64,000 nucleotides of DNA, from NCBI GenBank assembly GCA_036444275.1, contig JAZGAD010000047.1, positions 1 to 64,000 on the forward strand. The letters run 5' to 3'. The DNA is from Candidatus Hydrothermarchaeales archaeon. Lineage in GTDB: Archaea > Hydrothermarchaeota > Hydrothermarchaeia > Hydrothermarchaeales > JAZGAD01. Below are positions 41,766-51,046 of the stretch, piece after piece. Under the pieces are notes generated by a model. That model did no database searches. It was not told the DNA's origin and saw only the letters and a program-made list of their open reading frames with translations. How positions within the stretch are numbered: the first letter of the stretch is position 1; each line of letters begins with the position of its first letter. Made by a program: the position numbers and the translations under genes.

Positions 41766-43403
41766 ATGTCCGAAGAAAGCAGCATCTTGATAATTGACGA
41801 TGATAAAGGGATGCGCGAGACCCTTACAGACATACTCCAGGTGAAGGGCTACAAGACGGAGAGCGCAAAGGACGGAGAAGCGGCCTTGGATAAGCTGAAG
41901 GAGAAGTCCTTCAATGTAGCGCTCGTCGACATAAAGCTCCCGGATATTTCAGGCACAGAGGTATTGAAAAAACTCAAAGAGATTCAGCCGGATACGATAG
42001 TGATCATGATCACTGCTTTCGCTTCTCTCAATACTTCGATTAAGGCTTTGAAAGAGGGGGCATATGGCTATATCATGAAACCCTTGAATATGGATGAATT
42101 ATTCGCTACCATCGGAGAAGGTCTCGAGAAACAGCGGTTGCAAAAAGAATTAAAAAAGTACTCTGAGCAACTGGAAGAGATGGTGAAAGCTAGGACTGAG
42201 GAATTACAGAATGCCTATGAAGAACTCAAAGGCCTCGCCATCGAGAGAGCCCGTAATATCGAAGTAATACAAGAGCAATCGAGGGAACTCAAGGAAGCTA
42301 AGGACTTCTTGGATAACGTGATAGACAGTAGCGCTGACGCGATAATCACTACTGGGTTGGACGGTACGATAACCTCTTTTAGCAGGGGTGCTGAGGAGCT
42401 CTATAAATACAAGGCTAAAGAGGTTATAGGCAAGCCGGCCCTCTCCCTTTACCCAAAGGAGCTTCGAGAAGAGAGGAGGGCTGGGTTGGATACGCTTCTT
42501 AAGGGCGAGACTATACGGAATATGAGAACCAGGATATACAATGCCGATGGAGAGCTTGTAGATATAAGTCTCTCTCTTTCCCGGCTCAGAGATATCTCCG
42601 GAAAGGCTATTGGTACTGTCGGAGTCTCAAAGGATATATCCAAGGAGATAGAGGGAGAAAAACGTCTGACGGAGGCATATGAGAGGCTTGTCGAATTGGA
42701 TAAGATGAAGGACGAGTTCCTATCCAATATTTCACATGAGCTACGCACACCTATAACCTCGATTGTGACCTCCCTAGAGTTATTAGAGGAAGAAAGTCTA
42801 CCGGGGGAGAGGGAGAAACTTCTGGAGGTATCTAAGAGGAATGTTTGGAGGCTGGATAATCTCGTCGGCAACCTACTGGAGTTCAGCCGCTTAGGAACGC
42901 AGAAGCTGCAAATGCAACCATTGAACGCAAGTGTGCTGGTTCGTGAGCTTATAGCTGAAATGGAGAACTTTGCGGCAAGCAATGAAGTGGAGGTTAAGTC
43001 CTTTCTAAAGGAAGAAACCATGATCATGGCTGATAAAAAGTTCGTAGGGCCTATATTCGGGAATCTCATTGGCAATGCCATAAAATTCAATAAGCGGGGG
43101 GGCAAGGTTAGGGTATCGGCGGAGGAAGAGAATTCGTGGATAAAGTTTTGCGTAGAAGATACCGGTGTAGGAATCCCCAAAGAAGGCTTGGACAAGGTAT
43201 TCGATAGATTCTACCAGATCGATGCAAGCATCAGACGCAGGTACCCAGGCACAGGCTTAGGGCTGACCATAGCCAAGGAGATGGTGGAGCGCCAGGGAGG
43301 CATGATATGGGCTGAAAGCGAATTGGGAAAGGGTAGCAGGTTCTATTTCACTCTGCCCTCGGAACCTAGAACTAGAACCAGAAAAAAGATAAACGAGAAA
43401 TGA
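41766..43403 (+). CDS. Cytoplasmic hybrid kinase REC-coiled coil-PAS-HisKA-HATPase
   Basis: IIDDD...LVDIKLP; DAIITTGLDGTITSFSRGAEELY PAS; SHELRTPI; GTGLGL; paralog of 33119-34570. Confidence 0.92.
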   Translation: MSEESSILIIDDDKGMRETLTDILQVKGYKTESAKDGEAALDKLKEKSFNVALVDIKLPDISGTEVLKKLKEIQPDTIVIMITAFASLNTSIKALKEGAYGYIMKPLNMDELFATIGEGLEKQRLQKELKKYSEQLEEMVKARTEELQNAYEELKGLAIERARNIEVIQEQSRELKEAKDFLDNVIDSSADAIITTGLDGTITSFSRGAEELYKYKAKEVIGKPALSLYPKELREERRAGLDTLLKGETIRNMRTRIYNADGELVDISLSLSRLRDISGKAIGTVGVSKDISKEIEGEKRLTEAYERLVELDKMKDEFLSNISHELRTPITSIVTSLELLEEESLPGEREKLLEVSKRNVWRLDNLVGNLLEFSRLGTQKLQMQPLNASVLVRELIAEMENFAASNEVEVKSFLKEETMIMADKKFVGPIFGNLIGNAIKFNKRGGKVRVSAEEENSWIKFCVEDTGVGIPKEGLDKVFDRFYQIDASIRRRYPGTGLGLTIAKEMVERQGGMIWAESELGKGSRFYFTLPSEPRTRTRKKINEK

Positions 43404-43432
43404 CAACAAGGTATTGGAAGGGCTGTTAAGGA

Positions 43433-45883
43433 ATGCAAAGGAGAGCGAGGGACTTTTATCAATTAAGCTTGTTTAGTAGGGCTAAACGTAAGGATACGGC
43501 TATTTACATACCTAAAATTATACTTATAGTGATAATACTCGCTAGTTTTGCAGTTGTAGCAGGAGAGGTAGTGGAAAGACAGAGCACCATTTTGACAGCT
43601 GAGAGGGTCACTGAGCCGGTCGAGGTAGATGGGCTAGCTACTGAGAGTGCTTGGGATAGCGCGAGGCCGCTGGTGGTCACGGTCCAAGATGGTAGTATAG
43701 GGAGGATAGACGTATACCTCAAGGCATTATACGATTCTGACTACATCTACATCTATGCCACGTGGCCTGATCCAACTGAGAGTGTTAGTAAGCGTATGTG
43801 GGGCTTCAATGGCATAAACTGGTCTTTTTCTGACGACGAAGACAGATTTTCGGTCTTCTGGAATATAGACGATTCCGTCAAGGGCTTCAATGTCGGTGGT
43901 TGTGCGATGCTCTGTCACGGTGATAGGATGCATGCTAATGCAGAGGGTGAGAAGGCTGACTCTTGGCACTGGAAGAGCAGTAGAACCAATCCAGTTGGTT
44001 ATGCAGACGACAAATACGTAGACTCCCACGTTGTGCCTTACGAGGGTGGAGAGAAAATGGTAGGTCGCCATGGAGACCAAGCAGTCAGCGGGGGTTACAT
44101 GCGTAACATCAATGACGAGGGCACTAAGCCACTCTACTATGAGCCCTTGCCTGAGGATGAGTTGGATGCCTTGTTCCTATTGGAGGAGGAAGTCGAGGAT
44201 GGTGAGGCAGTATTGTTGGATGAGGCGGAGCTTAAGTCGGGTATAGTTGTACCTGGTTATATCCTTAGTAAGCCAAGTGGCAGCAGAGGCGACATCGATT
44301 CTAAAGGTGTATGGCAAAACGAGAGGTGGGCTGTGGAGTTTCGTAGGAAGCTTGTGACTGGGCACGATGATGATGTCCAGTTTGATACTAGTAGGACGTA
44401 TCGTTTTGGTATAGCTGTGATGGACAATACGGGTGGCTTTGAGGGCTTCGGAAAGGGTCATAGCTTTGACTTGGGTGCCAGGACGCTTGAGTTCGGCGGC
44501 ATTGGGAGCGAAGAGGTGACTCAGTTGGTCTTGATACGGGACTACCTAGTTACTGCCAAAGCACATGTTAGAGATGGAAAACCAGGATTGGCACTTTCAG
44601 AAGCCAACGATGGTCTCACATTGTACAACGAGATCCGCGACGAGGTTGCAGACGTGGATCCAGAGCTCTACATAACTATAAAAAATGCATTCGTGGATTC
44701 TGTGAGGAATCCCACACTAAGCAATATAGACATCCTGATAAGAAACATCGACGATGTTGTGCTAACTTTCCAGGGAAAGAGGCAACCAGCTGAACCGACG
44801 TGGAATCTAAAGCTCCTCATCGCATGGGGGCGGATACAGCTCTATGTGTTCGTCGTGCTCTCAATACTTGTAACATACCCCATCTATAAGACAGTAAAGA
44901 CGAGCGCGAGACCAGAATTACGCCATCTGAGTCTCTTCTTGCTGATAGTAATGGCTCCGATATTCCTCGAGGGAGTGGGCCGCTTTGGTGTTCTTGCTAA
45001 GATTCATTTTCTGCAGAAGTTCAGTTTCACGACAAATGAATATATAACAATGATATGGGCGATAGGCATGTTCATAGCTTTGTATGTCGCTAAGATAGGA
45101 TTCAACGAAGTAGATGATACCATCAAGTCGCTGGGTTACTACAGCACTGAACTCGAGACCAAGATGGAGGAGCTGAGGAAATCACAGGCAAAACTTTTAG
45201 GAGCAGAGAAATTGGCTTCTATAGGGCAGCTGACTGCAAGCATCGGGCATGAGCTGCGTAATCCGTTGGGCGTGATTAAGAACATAAGCTACTATCTCGA
45301 CATGAAATTAGGCGATAGGGATGAAAAAATTAAGAAACATCTGCGGCTCTTGGATGAGGAGCTTGTCAGGTCAAATGAGATAATAAGCGATCTTTTGGAC
45401 TTCTCTAGGGGTATAGAGCCGACTCTTCACGATGTTGACATCAATCCAGTCGTGGGGGAAGCCCTATTGAGAGCCACGATACCAGGTAACATCGAAGTGA
45501 GCACAAATTTTGAGGATGCATCACCTAAGGTCTCCGTGGATAGCGAGCATATAGTGAGGGTATTTATGAATATAATCTCGAATGCAGTTCAGGCGATGCC
45601 AGAAGGTGGGAGTTTAAGGATAAGAACAGTGAAAAAGGATGATTTCATAGGAATAGAGATCACGGACACAGGCGTTGGAATCCCGAAAGAAGATGTAGGG
45701 AAAGTCTTTGAACCTTTATTTAGTACGAAGGCGAAGGGGATAGGCCTGGGCCTAGCCATTAGTAGGCAGATCATAGAGAGACATGGCGGTAGCATTGAAG
45801 TAGAGAGCGTCCTAGATAGTGGGACTACATTTATTGTAAAACTCCCGATAAAAAGGAGTCAGGGCGATGAAGGGGAAGACTAG
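43433..45883 (+). CDS. Second membrane sensor histidine kinase with EB_dh/DOMON-like heme-binding domain (CX3CH)
   Basis: VDG....AW, LKALYD.DYIY...WPDPT, GCAMLCH, DSWHWK, WAVEFRRKL.TGHDDD; three TMs; GHELRNPL; paralog of 38811-41351. Confidence 0.85.
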   Translation: MQRRARDFYQLSLFSRAKRKDTAIYIPKIILIVIILASFAVVAGEVVERQSTILTAERVTEPVEVDGLATESAWDSARPLVVTVQDGSIGRIDVYLKALYDSDYIYIYATWPDPTESVSKRMWGFNGINWSFSDDEDRFSVFWNIDDSVKGFNVGGCAMLCHGDRMHANAEGEKADSWHWKSSRTNPVGYADDKYVDSHVVPYEGGEKMVGRHGDQAVSGGYMRNINDEGTKPLYYEPLPEDELDALFLLEEEVEDGEAVLLDEAELKSGIVVPGYILSKPSGSRGDIDSKGVWQNERWAVEFRRKLVTGHDDDVQFDTSRTYRFGIAVMDNTGGFEGFGKGHSFDLGARTLEFGGIGSEEVTQLVLIRDYLVTAKAHVRDGKPGLALSEANDGLTLYNEIRDEVADVDPELYITIKNAFVDSVRNPTLSNIDILIRNIDDVVLTFQGKRQPAEPTWNLKLLIAWGRIQLYVFVVLSILVTYPIYKTVKTSARPELRHLSLFLLIVMAPIFLEGVGRFGVLAKIHFLQKFSFTTNEYITMIWAIGMFIALYVAKIGFNEVDDTIKSLGYYSTELETKMEELRKSQAKLLGAEKLASIGQLTASIGHELRNPLGVIKNISYYLDMKLGDRDEKIKKHLRLLDEELVRSNEIISDLLDFSRGIEPTLHDVDINPVVGEALLRATIPGNIEVSTNFEDASPKVSVDSEHIVRVFMNIISNAVQAMPEGGSLRIRTVKKDDFIGIEITDTGVGIPKEDVGKVFEPLFSTKAKGIGLGLAISRQIIERHGGSIEVESVLDSGTTFIVKLPIKRSQGDEGED

Positions 45884-46232
45884 AGTATTGGTAGTGGACG
45901 ACGACGCTGGAACCTGCGAAACCTTATCAGACATCCTCTTGGAAACTACCTGTCAAGTTACTATGGCACGCGATGGATTTGAGGCCATAGAGAAGATGAA
46001 GGGGGAAAGCTTCGATGTTGTTCTTATGGATATAAAGATGCCAGGCATAAACGGGGTGGAGACTTACAAAGAGATGAAGAAGATAAATCCAGAGGCGAAA
46101 GTGGTTATGATGACAGCCTACGTTGGGGACGATCTAGTGGCAGAGGCCCTGAAGGAGGGGGCATCTACTGTGCTCTATAAGCCTTTGGATATAGGTAAGA
46201 TGATAGACATCATAAAGGGAAAATCCACATAA
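45867..46232 (+). CDS. Stand-alone response regulator receiver
   Basis: LVVDDD, LMDIKMPG, MTAY, KP; paralog of 41332-41706. Confidence 0.92.
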   Translation: MKGKTRVLVVDDDAGTCETLSDILLETTCQVTMARDGFEAIEKMKGESFDVVLMDIKMPGINGVETYKEMKKINPEAKVVMMTAYVGDDLVAEALKEGASTVLYKPLDIGKMIDIIKGKST

Positions 46233-46316
46233 AAAGGAAGGAGAGGGTGTATAATTGGCACCAAATGATGGTAAGGTTTATATACGCACCAGTAACTGCG
46301 ATAAAACGGTGCCGAA

Positions 46317-46454
46317 ATGAAGGTGCAAATAGACTGCAAGTTTGTGGAGATCGTGAAAAAAGAGGACTATGGCTATCTGAATTGCAATCTCCGGAGGTCT
46401 ACGACCTTCAGCTGTCCCACCTGTTTGGAAGGTTTGATGGTCAGCAAGCGATAA
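46317..46454 (+). CDS. 45-aa four-Cys micro-protein (not in ORF track)
   Basis: Manual translation MKVQIDCKFVEIVKKEDYGYLNCNLRRSTTFSCPTCLEGLMVSKR; TTTATATA box at 46277 and GGTG 5 nt before ATG. Confidence 0.5.
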   Translation: MKVQIDCKFVEIVKKEDYGYLNCNLRRSTTFSCPTCLEGLMVSKR

Positions 46455-46527
46455 ACAAATTAAAGCTCCAGAAAAATAGAGCGATCCAAGCCGGAGTCCG
46501 TTAGACGAGAGAAGTCCTGTAGCAATT

Positions 46528-47436
46528 CTAATGTTTCAGTTCGCTCGTATGGAACTTCTTTAATAGGTTCTTTATCTTATTAGCGTATGGATAAACCAAG
46601 GGGTGCATCAAGAGCTTCCTAGTTGGACCGTGCTCTAGTAGTAGTGTCCCCAGCTTCTCTATGTTTCCTCTCACGGGTACCTCTAAGTCCAAATTCAGCT
46701 CGAAATTTGAGACAAGCTCGTCTGTTGCTCCATATTTCTCAGAGGCTAAGTGAATGTGCTTTATCCTCGATGGTTCCATGCCTATTATCTTGCAAACAGC
46801 TCTATCCAGAGATACGACATCCTTGGAAGCTAGGAGGAAGTCAGTCTTCCTCACCCTACCACTTATAGGTCCATATCCGTCCATAACGTAGCTTGCATCC
46901 AATATGTTTATACAGGGCTTGAGGAATCCCAGTAAATAGACTAATAAATCATCTATTACTGAGTGATACTTCGATTTATCTTTATCCTGCAACAGGCCGA
47001 ATAGATTCTTTATACCGAAGGTTACACCTGTGAGGGAGTGGGTCTTCAGTACTGGGGCATTTATAATTTTTGAGTCCAGTGCTATCTTGGGGAGATTAAG
47101 GGTACCCCAAGGAGAATCGATGGCATGGGTCTCCTCGTCAGAGAGGTTCACGAGGTCGCAGTCTAGGTCGAAGTTTGCCTCTAACTGTTTGAAGTCCTTT
47201 CCGAACGAATGCGTCTCCCCTATGAATACATCCTGCGTCCTCTCCTTGAGGATCGCAATTATGTGTCCTAAAAGCTCCATATTAGTAGTGACTCCGTTCC
47301 TGAGCCTGTGTGTACAGAAGTTGGGCTTGATCATCACCCTGTCGCCGTTGCCTATTGTATCTCTCCAGGATAGCTGCTCTAGTAGCTCTCTAATATTAGA
47401 CTCCAAATCATCTATTCTCTTCAGATATACTTCCAT
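46528..47436 (-). CDS. DUF362 family protein
   Basis: VMIKPN, GVTT, INAPVLKTH..TGVTFGIKNLFG, LDA...MDGYGP..G, DVVSLD. Confidence 0.85.
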   Translation of the reverse strand: MEVYLKRIDDLESNIRELLEQLSWRDTIGNGDRVMIKPNFCTHRLRNGVTTNMELLGHIIAILKERTQDVFIGETHSFGKDFKQLEANFDLDCDLVNLSDEETHAIDSPWGTLNLPKIALDSKIINAPVLKTHSLTGVTFGIKNLFGLLQDKDKSKYHSVIDDLLVYLLGFLKPCINILDASYVMDGYGPISGRVRKTDFLLASKDVVSLDRAVCKIIGMEPSRIKHIHLASEKYGATDELVSNFELNLDLEVPVRGNIEKLGTLLLEHGPTRKLLMHPLVYPYANKIKNLLKKFHTSELKH

Positions 47437-48677
47437 AACGTAGCCCTCAATATCAACGTAGACGTTATCCCAGCAAAGACGAAACTTATGCTAGTGGCGT
47501 AAGCAGCACCCAGGATTTGGTATCTCGGTATTAACATAATATTGAGGAATATGTCGAAGACCGCTGCGAATGCAAGGATCCTCAGTGGTACAACCGGCTT
47601 TCCCAAGCCCTGAAAGATCCCGGAGTTCACCATAAAGATACCGAAGAAAGCGGCGCCCACAATGAGAACCTTGAAGGAAGCACTAGCCATGATATAGGCA
47701 CTGCCAAATAATAGGGAAATTATTGTACTGGAGAATAAGATAGAAAAAGCAACTACGGGCAGAAGTACTGCAAATGCCATCTTATAGGCATAGACTATGT
47801 ATCTCTTTATTTCTCCCACTTTTTTCTTGGCCTTCAACTCAGATATAGAGGGGAGTAGAGTCGCATATATCGCGGTAGTGAATGCTAGGATGAGCCTGGA
47901 TGTAGGTGAGGCTGCCGAATAGATACCCACTTCTTCAGGCGTGAGATAGACTCCCAAAAGGAGTACATCAGCGTAGGCAAGAGTGAAGCCAGCTAGTGCA
48001 GTGGCTGATACTGGTAGAGAGAAGCGGAAGACCTCCTCAAAGTCGCGTATGCTACAGTTGGAGAATCTCTGACCTATTCTTTTGAAAAGGAGATAGGCTA
48101 TGGGAACAGCGACTACAAAACCGAGTGTAGAGCCCCAGATGGCCCCGATGACGCTGAAGCCAGAGTAGACCAAGGCAAAAGCAAAGACTATCCTCAGCAC
48201 TTGTTCCAACACGAGCGTCAGCCCCATATAGTCCATTCTCTTGTATCCTTGGAAGACCCCGGTATAAGCAGCAACTAGAAAGCCGAAGCCCAGTGCTATA
48301 GAGGATACCTTCAATGGCAGGATAACATTGAGGTCATGGAAGACGTAAACACCTATAGGCGAGGCAAGAGCGTAGAAGAGGAAGCCTAGGAGAAAGCCCA
48401 GCAGGGTGAAGAAGACTAGTGATGAAGAGATAATAGAATCTCTCCTTTTAAAATCTCCTTTTGCCTCTTGTTCTGCCACGAACTTTGCAACACTTGGTGC
48501 CACACCTGCAGAGGTTAGCACCAGAATCAAATATTGGAGGGGTAAAGCCAGGTTAAGCAGGCCGAATTCATAGGGCGTGAGCATACGCCCCATTAGGATA
48601 CGGTAGATATGGCCAGCAACCCTGACAAGCAGATTGCTAGATGCCAGGATTATGCTCCCCTTCAATAGGTCCCTCAT
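47421..48677 (-). CDS. Oligosaccharide flippase (Wzx/MOP superfamily)
   Basis: ~12 TM helices, GRMLTP.EFG, DVLLLG...EVGIYSAA, LNIMLIPRY.ILGAA.AT. Confidence 0.87.
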   Translation of the reverse strand: MRDLLKGSIILASSNLLVRVAGHIYRILMGRMLTPYEFGLLNLALPLQYLILVLTSAGVAPSVAKFVAEQEAKGDFKRRDSIISSSLVFFTLLGFLLGFLFYALASPIGVYVFHDLNVILPLKVSSIALGFGFLVAAYTGVFQGYKRMDYMGLTLVLEQVLRIVFAFALVYSGFSVIGAIWGSTLGFVVAVPIAYLLFKRIGQRFSNCSIRDFEEVFRFSLPVSATALAGFTLAYADVLLLGVYLTPEEVGIYSAASPTSRLILAFTTAIYATLLPSISELKAKKKVGEIKRYIVYAYKMAFAVLLPVVAFSILFSSTIISLLFGSAYIMASASFKVLIVGAAFFGIFMVNSGIFQGLGKPVVPLRILAFAAVFDIFLNIMLIPRYQILGAAYATSISFVFAGITSTLILRATLWKYI

Positions 48678-48859
48678 TAACCAGGGTTATTGATTTAATT
48701 AATAAAAATCCTTCGAAGTCGTTATAGTAGTTTAGCTAGACGGCATACTTGAGAATGGCAGAGAAGTCAGTGTAGACTAGAATAGCGTAGCCCGGTTGAA
48801 ACCAACCGGAACCAGACCGACAGATTTAAATATCTTCCACTTAAATTCCATCCGATACC

Positions 48860-49078
48860 ATGGCTCAGAGACCTCTCGACGTTCTGCATAGCTCCTTGGA
48901 ATCCCCGGTCCTAGTGGGGTTGAAAGGGGGAAAAGAGTACAGAGGAATCCTCAAGGGATACGACATACACATGAACGTTGTAATCCAAGGTGCCGAGGAA
49001 TTGAAGGACGGCTCTGCTGTAAGAAAGCTTGGCTTGGTAATAATTCGAGGAGACAGTGTAGTCTTCATCTCTCCGTGA
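48860..49078 (+). CDS. Sm/Lsm archaeal protein (SmAP1)
   Basis: [30 protein letters not shown]; upstream of rpl37e as conserved in archaea. Confidence 0.94.
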   Translation: MAQRPLDVLHSSLESPVLVGLKGGKEYRGILKGYDIHMNVVIQGAEELKDGSAVRKLGLVIIRGDSVVFISP

Positions 49079-49087
49079 GGCGCGAGT

Positions 49088-49276
49088 ATGTCTAAGGGCA
49101 CACCTTCTATGGGAAAACGGAATAAGCGGCTTCATATCCGCTGCCGGCGATGCGGCAGGAACTCTTTTCATGTGAAGCACGGCTATTGTGCAGCCTGCGG
49201 CTTCGGCAGGACTAAGAAGCTACGTAACTATTCTTGGCAGACTAAAACTAATAACAGAAAGAGAAGACTCCACTAG
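49088..49276 (+). CDS. rpl37e: 50S ribosomal protein L37e
   Basis: [21 protein letters not shown]....CAACGFG. Confidence 0.96.
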   Translation: MSKGTPSMGKRNKRLHIRCRRCGRNSFHVKHGYCAACGFGRTKKLRNYSWQTKTNNRKRRLH

Positions 49277-49444
49277 TCGGAAAATTTTATAAGCCTATGT
49301 CGGGAGATCAAACTTGATGGAAGGTATCGAAGGTCCCTTTACCCTCTACACGTCTTTTAGCCTACAGCTACGTCCTAGTGTGGGCAACATAGGCATTATG
49401 CGTATTGCTATTGATTACCCATGCATCTCTAAATCTGAAGGTGG

Positions 49445-50851
49445 ATGATGTTGCTGAGAGAGAAATGCGGCGTCGTTGGGTTCTACTCAAAAGGAGCACA
49501 CCGTGTGTCATCCTCCATGTTCTACGCCCTCTTTTCCCTTCAGCACCGCGGTCAGGAGTCATGCGGTATCACCACCTTTGATGGGGAGTTCCATACCGAA
49601 AAAGGTATGGGCCTTGTGCCAGAGGTCTTCGACACCGAGCGTTTGGAGAGGCTCCCAGGTAGCTTCGGAATAGGCCATGTGAGATATTCCACAACAGGTG
49701 ACAGCAGGATAGAGTGTGCCCAGCCCTTTGTTGTGACTCACTCCAAGGGCACATTGGCAATAGCCCACAATGGAAACCTAGTAAATGCTCTTGAGCTGAG
49801 GAAGAAGCTCGAGGATGTTGGCCAAACATTCGTATCTGACACTGACACCGAGGTAATAGCTAACTTAATCATAAGGGAATTTGTGAGGAGTGGCGATATC
49901 GTCGATGCAATAACAGAGGTGATGAAGAAGATGGTAGGCTCCTATTCCCTAGTACTGTTAACAGATGAGGAGCTCATTGCGGTCCGCGATCCTCTTGGTA
50001 TCAAGCCCCTTTGCATGGGCGGGAATGAAGATGCCACGATGATTGCATCCGAGAGCGTGAGTTTCGATGTCCTGGACATGCCCTACACCAGAGAGGTAAA
50101 CCCTGGGGAGATAGTGGTAATCAATGAAAATGGCGTCACCAGCCATAGGCCTTTTAAGCTGAATAGGAGTGCCTACTGCATGTTTGAATACGTCTATTTT
50201 GCTAGGGCTGACTCAGTGCTAAATGGCATACCAGTCTACAACGTGAGGGAGAGGATAGGAAAGATAATGGGAAACGATGATGATATAGCCGCTGATTTCG
50301 TTACCCCTGTTCCAGACTCTGCGATACCCTTTGCCTTAGGTTACTCTCGGAAGACTGGCATACCATACAAAGAAAGCCTGATAAGGAATAGATATGTTGG
50401 GAGGACCTTCATCTTGCCCAATCAGCAGAGCAGGGAGCTTGCTGTTAGACTGAAGCTCAATCCCCTTTTGGAAGAGGTCAAGGGAAAGCGTGTGGTGCTA
50501 TTCGATGACAGCATAGTACGGGGGACAACTTCGGGTAAGGTGATACGCATTCTCAAGAGGGCTGGAGCAAGTGAGGTGCACATGCGTGTTGGGTGCCCGC
50601 CCATAAAGTCTCTCTGCAAGCTGGGTATAGATATGCCCACTGACCGAGAGCTCATAGCCAGCGACAAGGAGATAGCGCAGATACAGGCATGGATAGGAGC
50701 GGATTCCCTGAAATATCTGACATTGGAGGGCTTGACGGATGCAATCGGATTGGGGGAGAACGAGCTCTGCCTCGGTTGCCTGACCGAGCAGTATCCAGTG
50801 GAGATTTCCAAAGCGGAACAGGTCTCTCTGCCGTCATTCGTAGATGATTAA
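49445..50851 (+). CDS. purF: Amidophosphoribosyltransferase
   Basis: EKCGVVG, LQHRGQES, GHVRYST, HNGNL, DDSIVRGTTS, CLGC. Confidence 0.96.
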   Translation: MMLLREKCGVVGFYSKGAHRVSSSMFYALFSLQHRGQESCGITTFDGEFHTEKGMGLVPEVFDTERLERLPGSFGIGHVRYSTTGDSRIECAQPFVVTHSKGTLAIAHNGNLVNALELRKKLEDVGQTFVSDTDTEVIANLIIREFVRSGDIVDAITEVMKKMVGSYSLVLLTDEELIAVRDPLGIKPLCMGGNEDATMIASESVSFDVLDMPYTREVNPGEIVVINENGVTSHRPFKLNRSAYCMFEYVYFARADSVLNGIPVYNVRERIGKIMGNDDDIAADFVTPVPDSAIPFALGYSRKTGIPYKESLIRNRYVGRTFILPNQQSRELAVRLKLNPLLEEVKGKRVVLFDDSIVRGTTSGKVIRILKRAGASEVHMRVGCPPIKSLCKLGIDMPTDRELIASDKEIAQIQAWIGADSLKYLTLEGLTDAIGLGENELCLGCLTEQYPVEISKAEQVSLPSFVDD

Positions 50852-50919
50852 CTAAGTTTGTTATCGATAGGTTTATTTCCCACTGGAAAACAATATAACT
50901 GCTTTTCTCTTTTAGATTA

Positions 50920-50992
50920 GGGCCCGTAGCTCAGTTGGAAGAGTGCTCGCTTGGCATGCGAGCGGCCCCGGGTTCAAGTCCCGGCGGGTCCA
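50920..50992 (+). tRNA. tRNA-Ala (anticodon GGC)
   Basis: GGGCCCG/CGGGTCC stem with G3:U70, anticodon arm CTCGC-TTGGCAT-GCGAG, GGTTCAAGTCC. Confidence 0.96.
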
Positions 50993-51046
50993 CTATCCTT
51001 TTTGATCCAAGTATTGTACACCCTCCACTCTATGCCGCTGAAAAAC

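Noticed and set aside
46247-46504. 85-aa ORF from the track
   Set aside because: No protein-like features; the overlapping 45-aa Cys ORF has better promoter and RBS context
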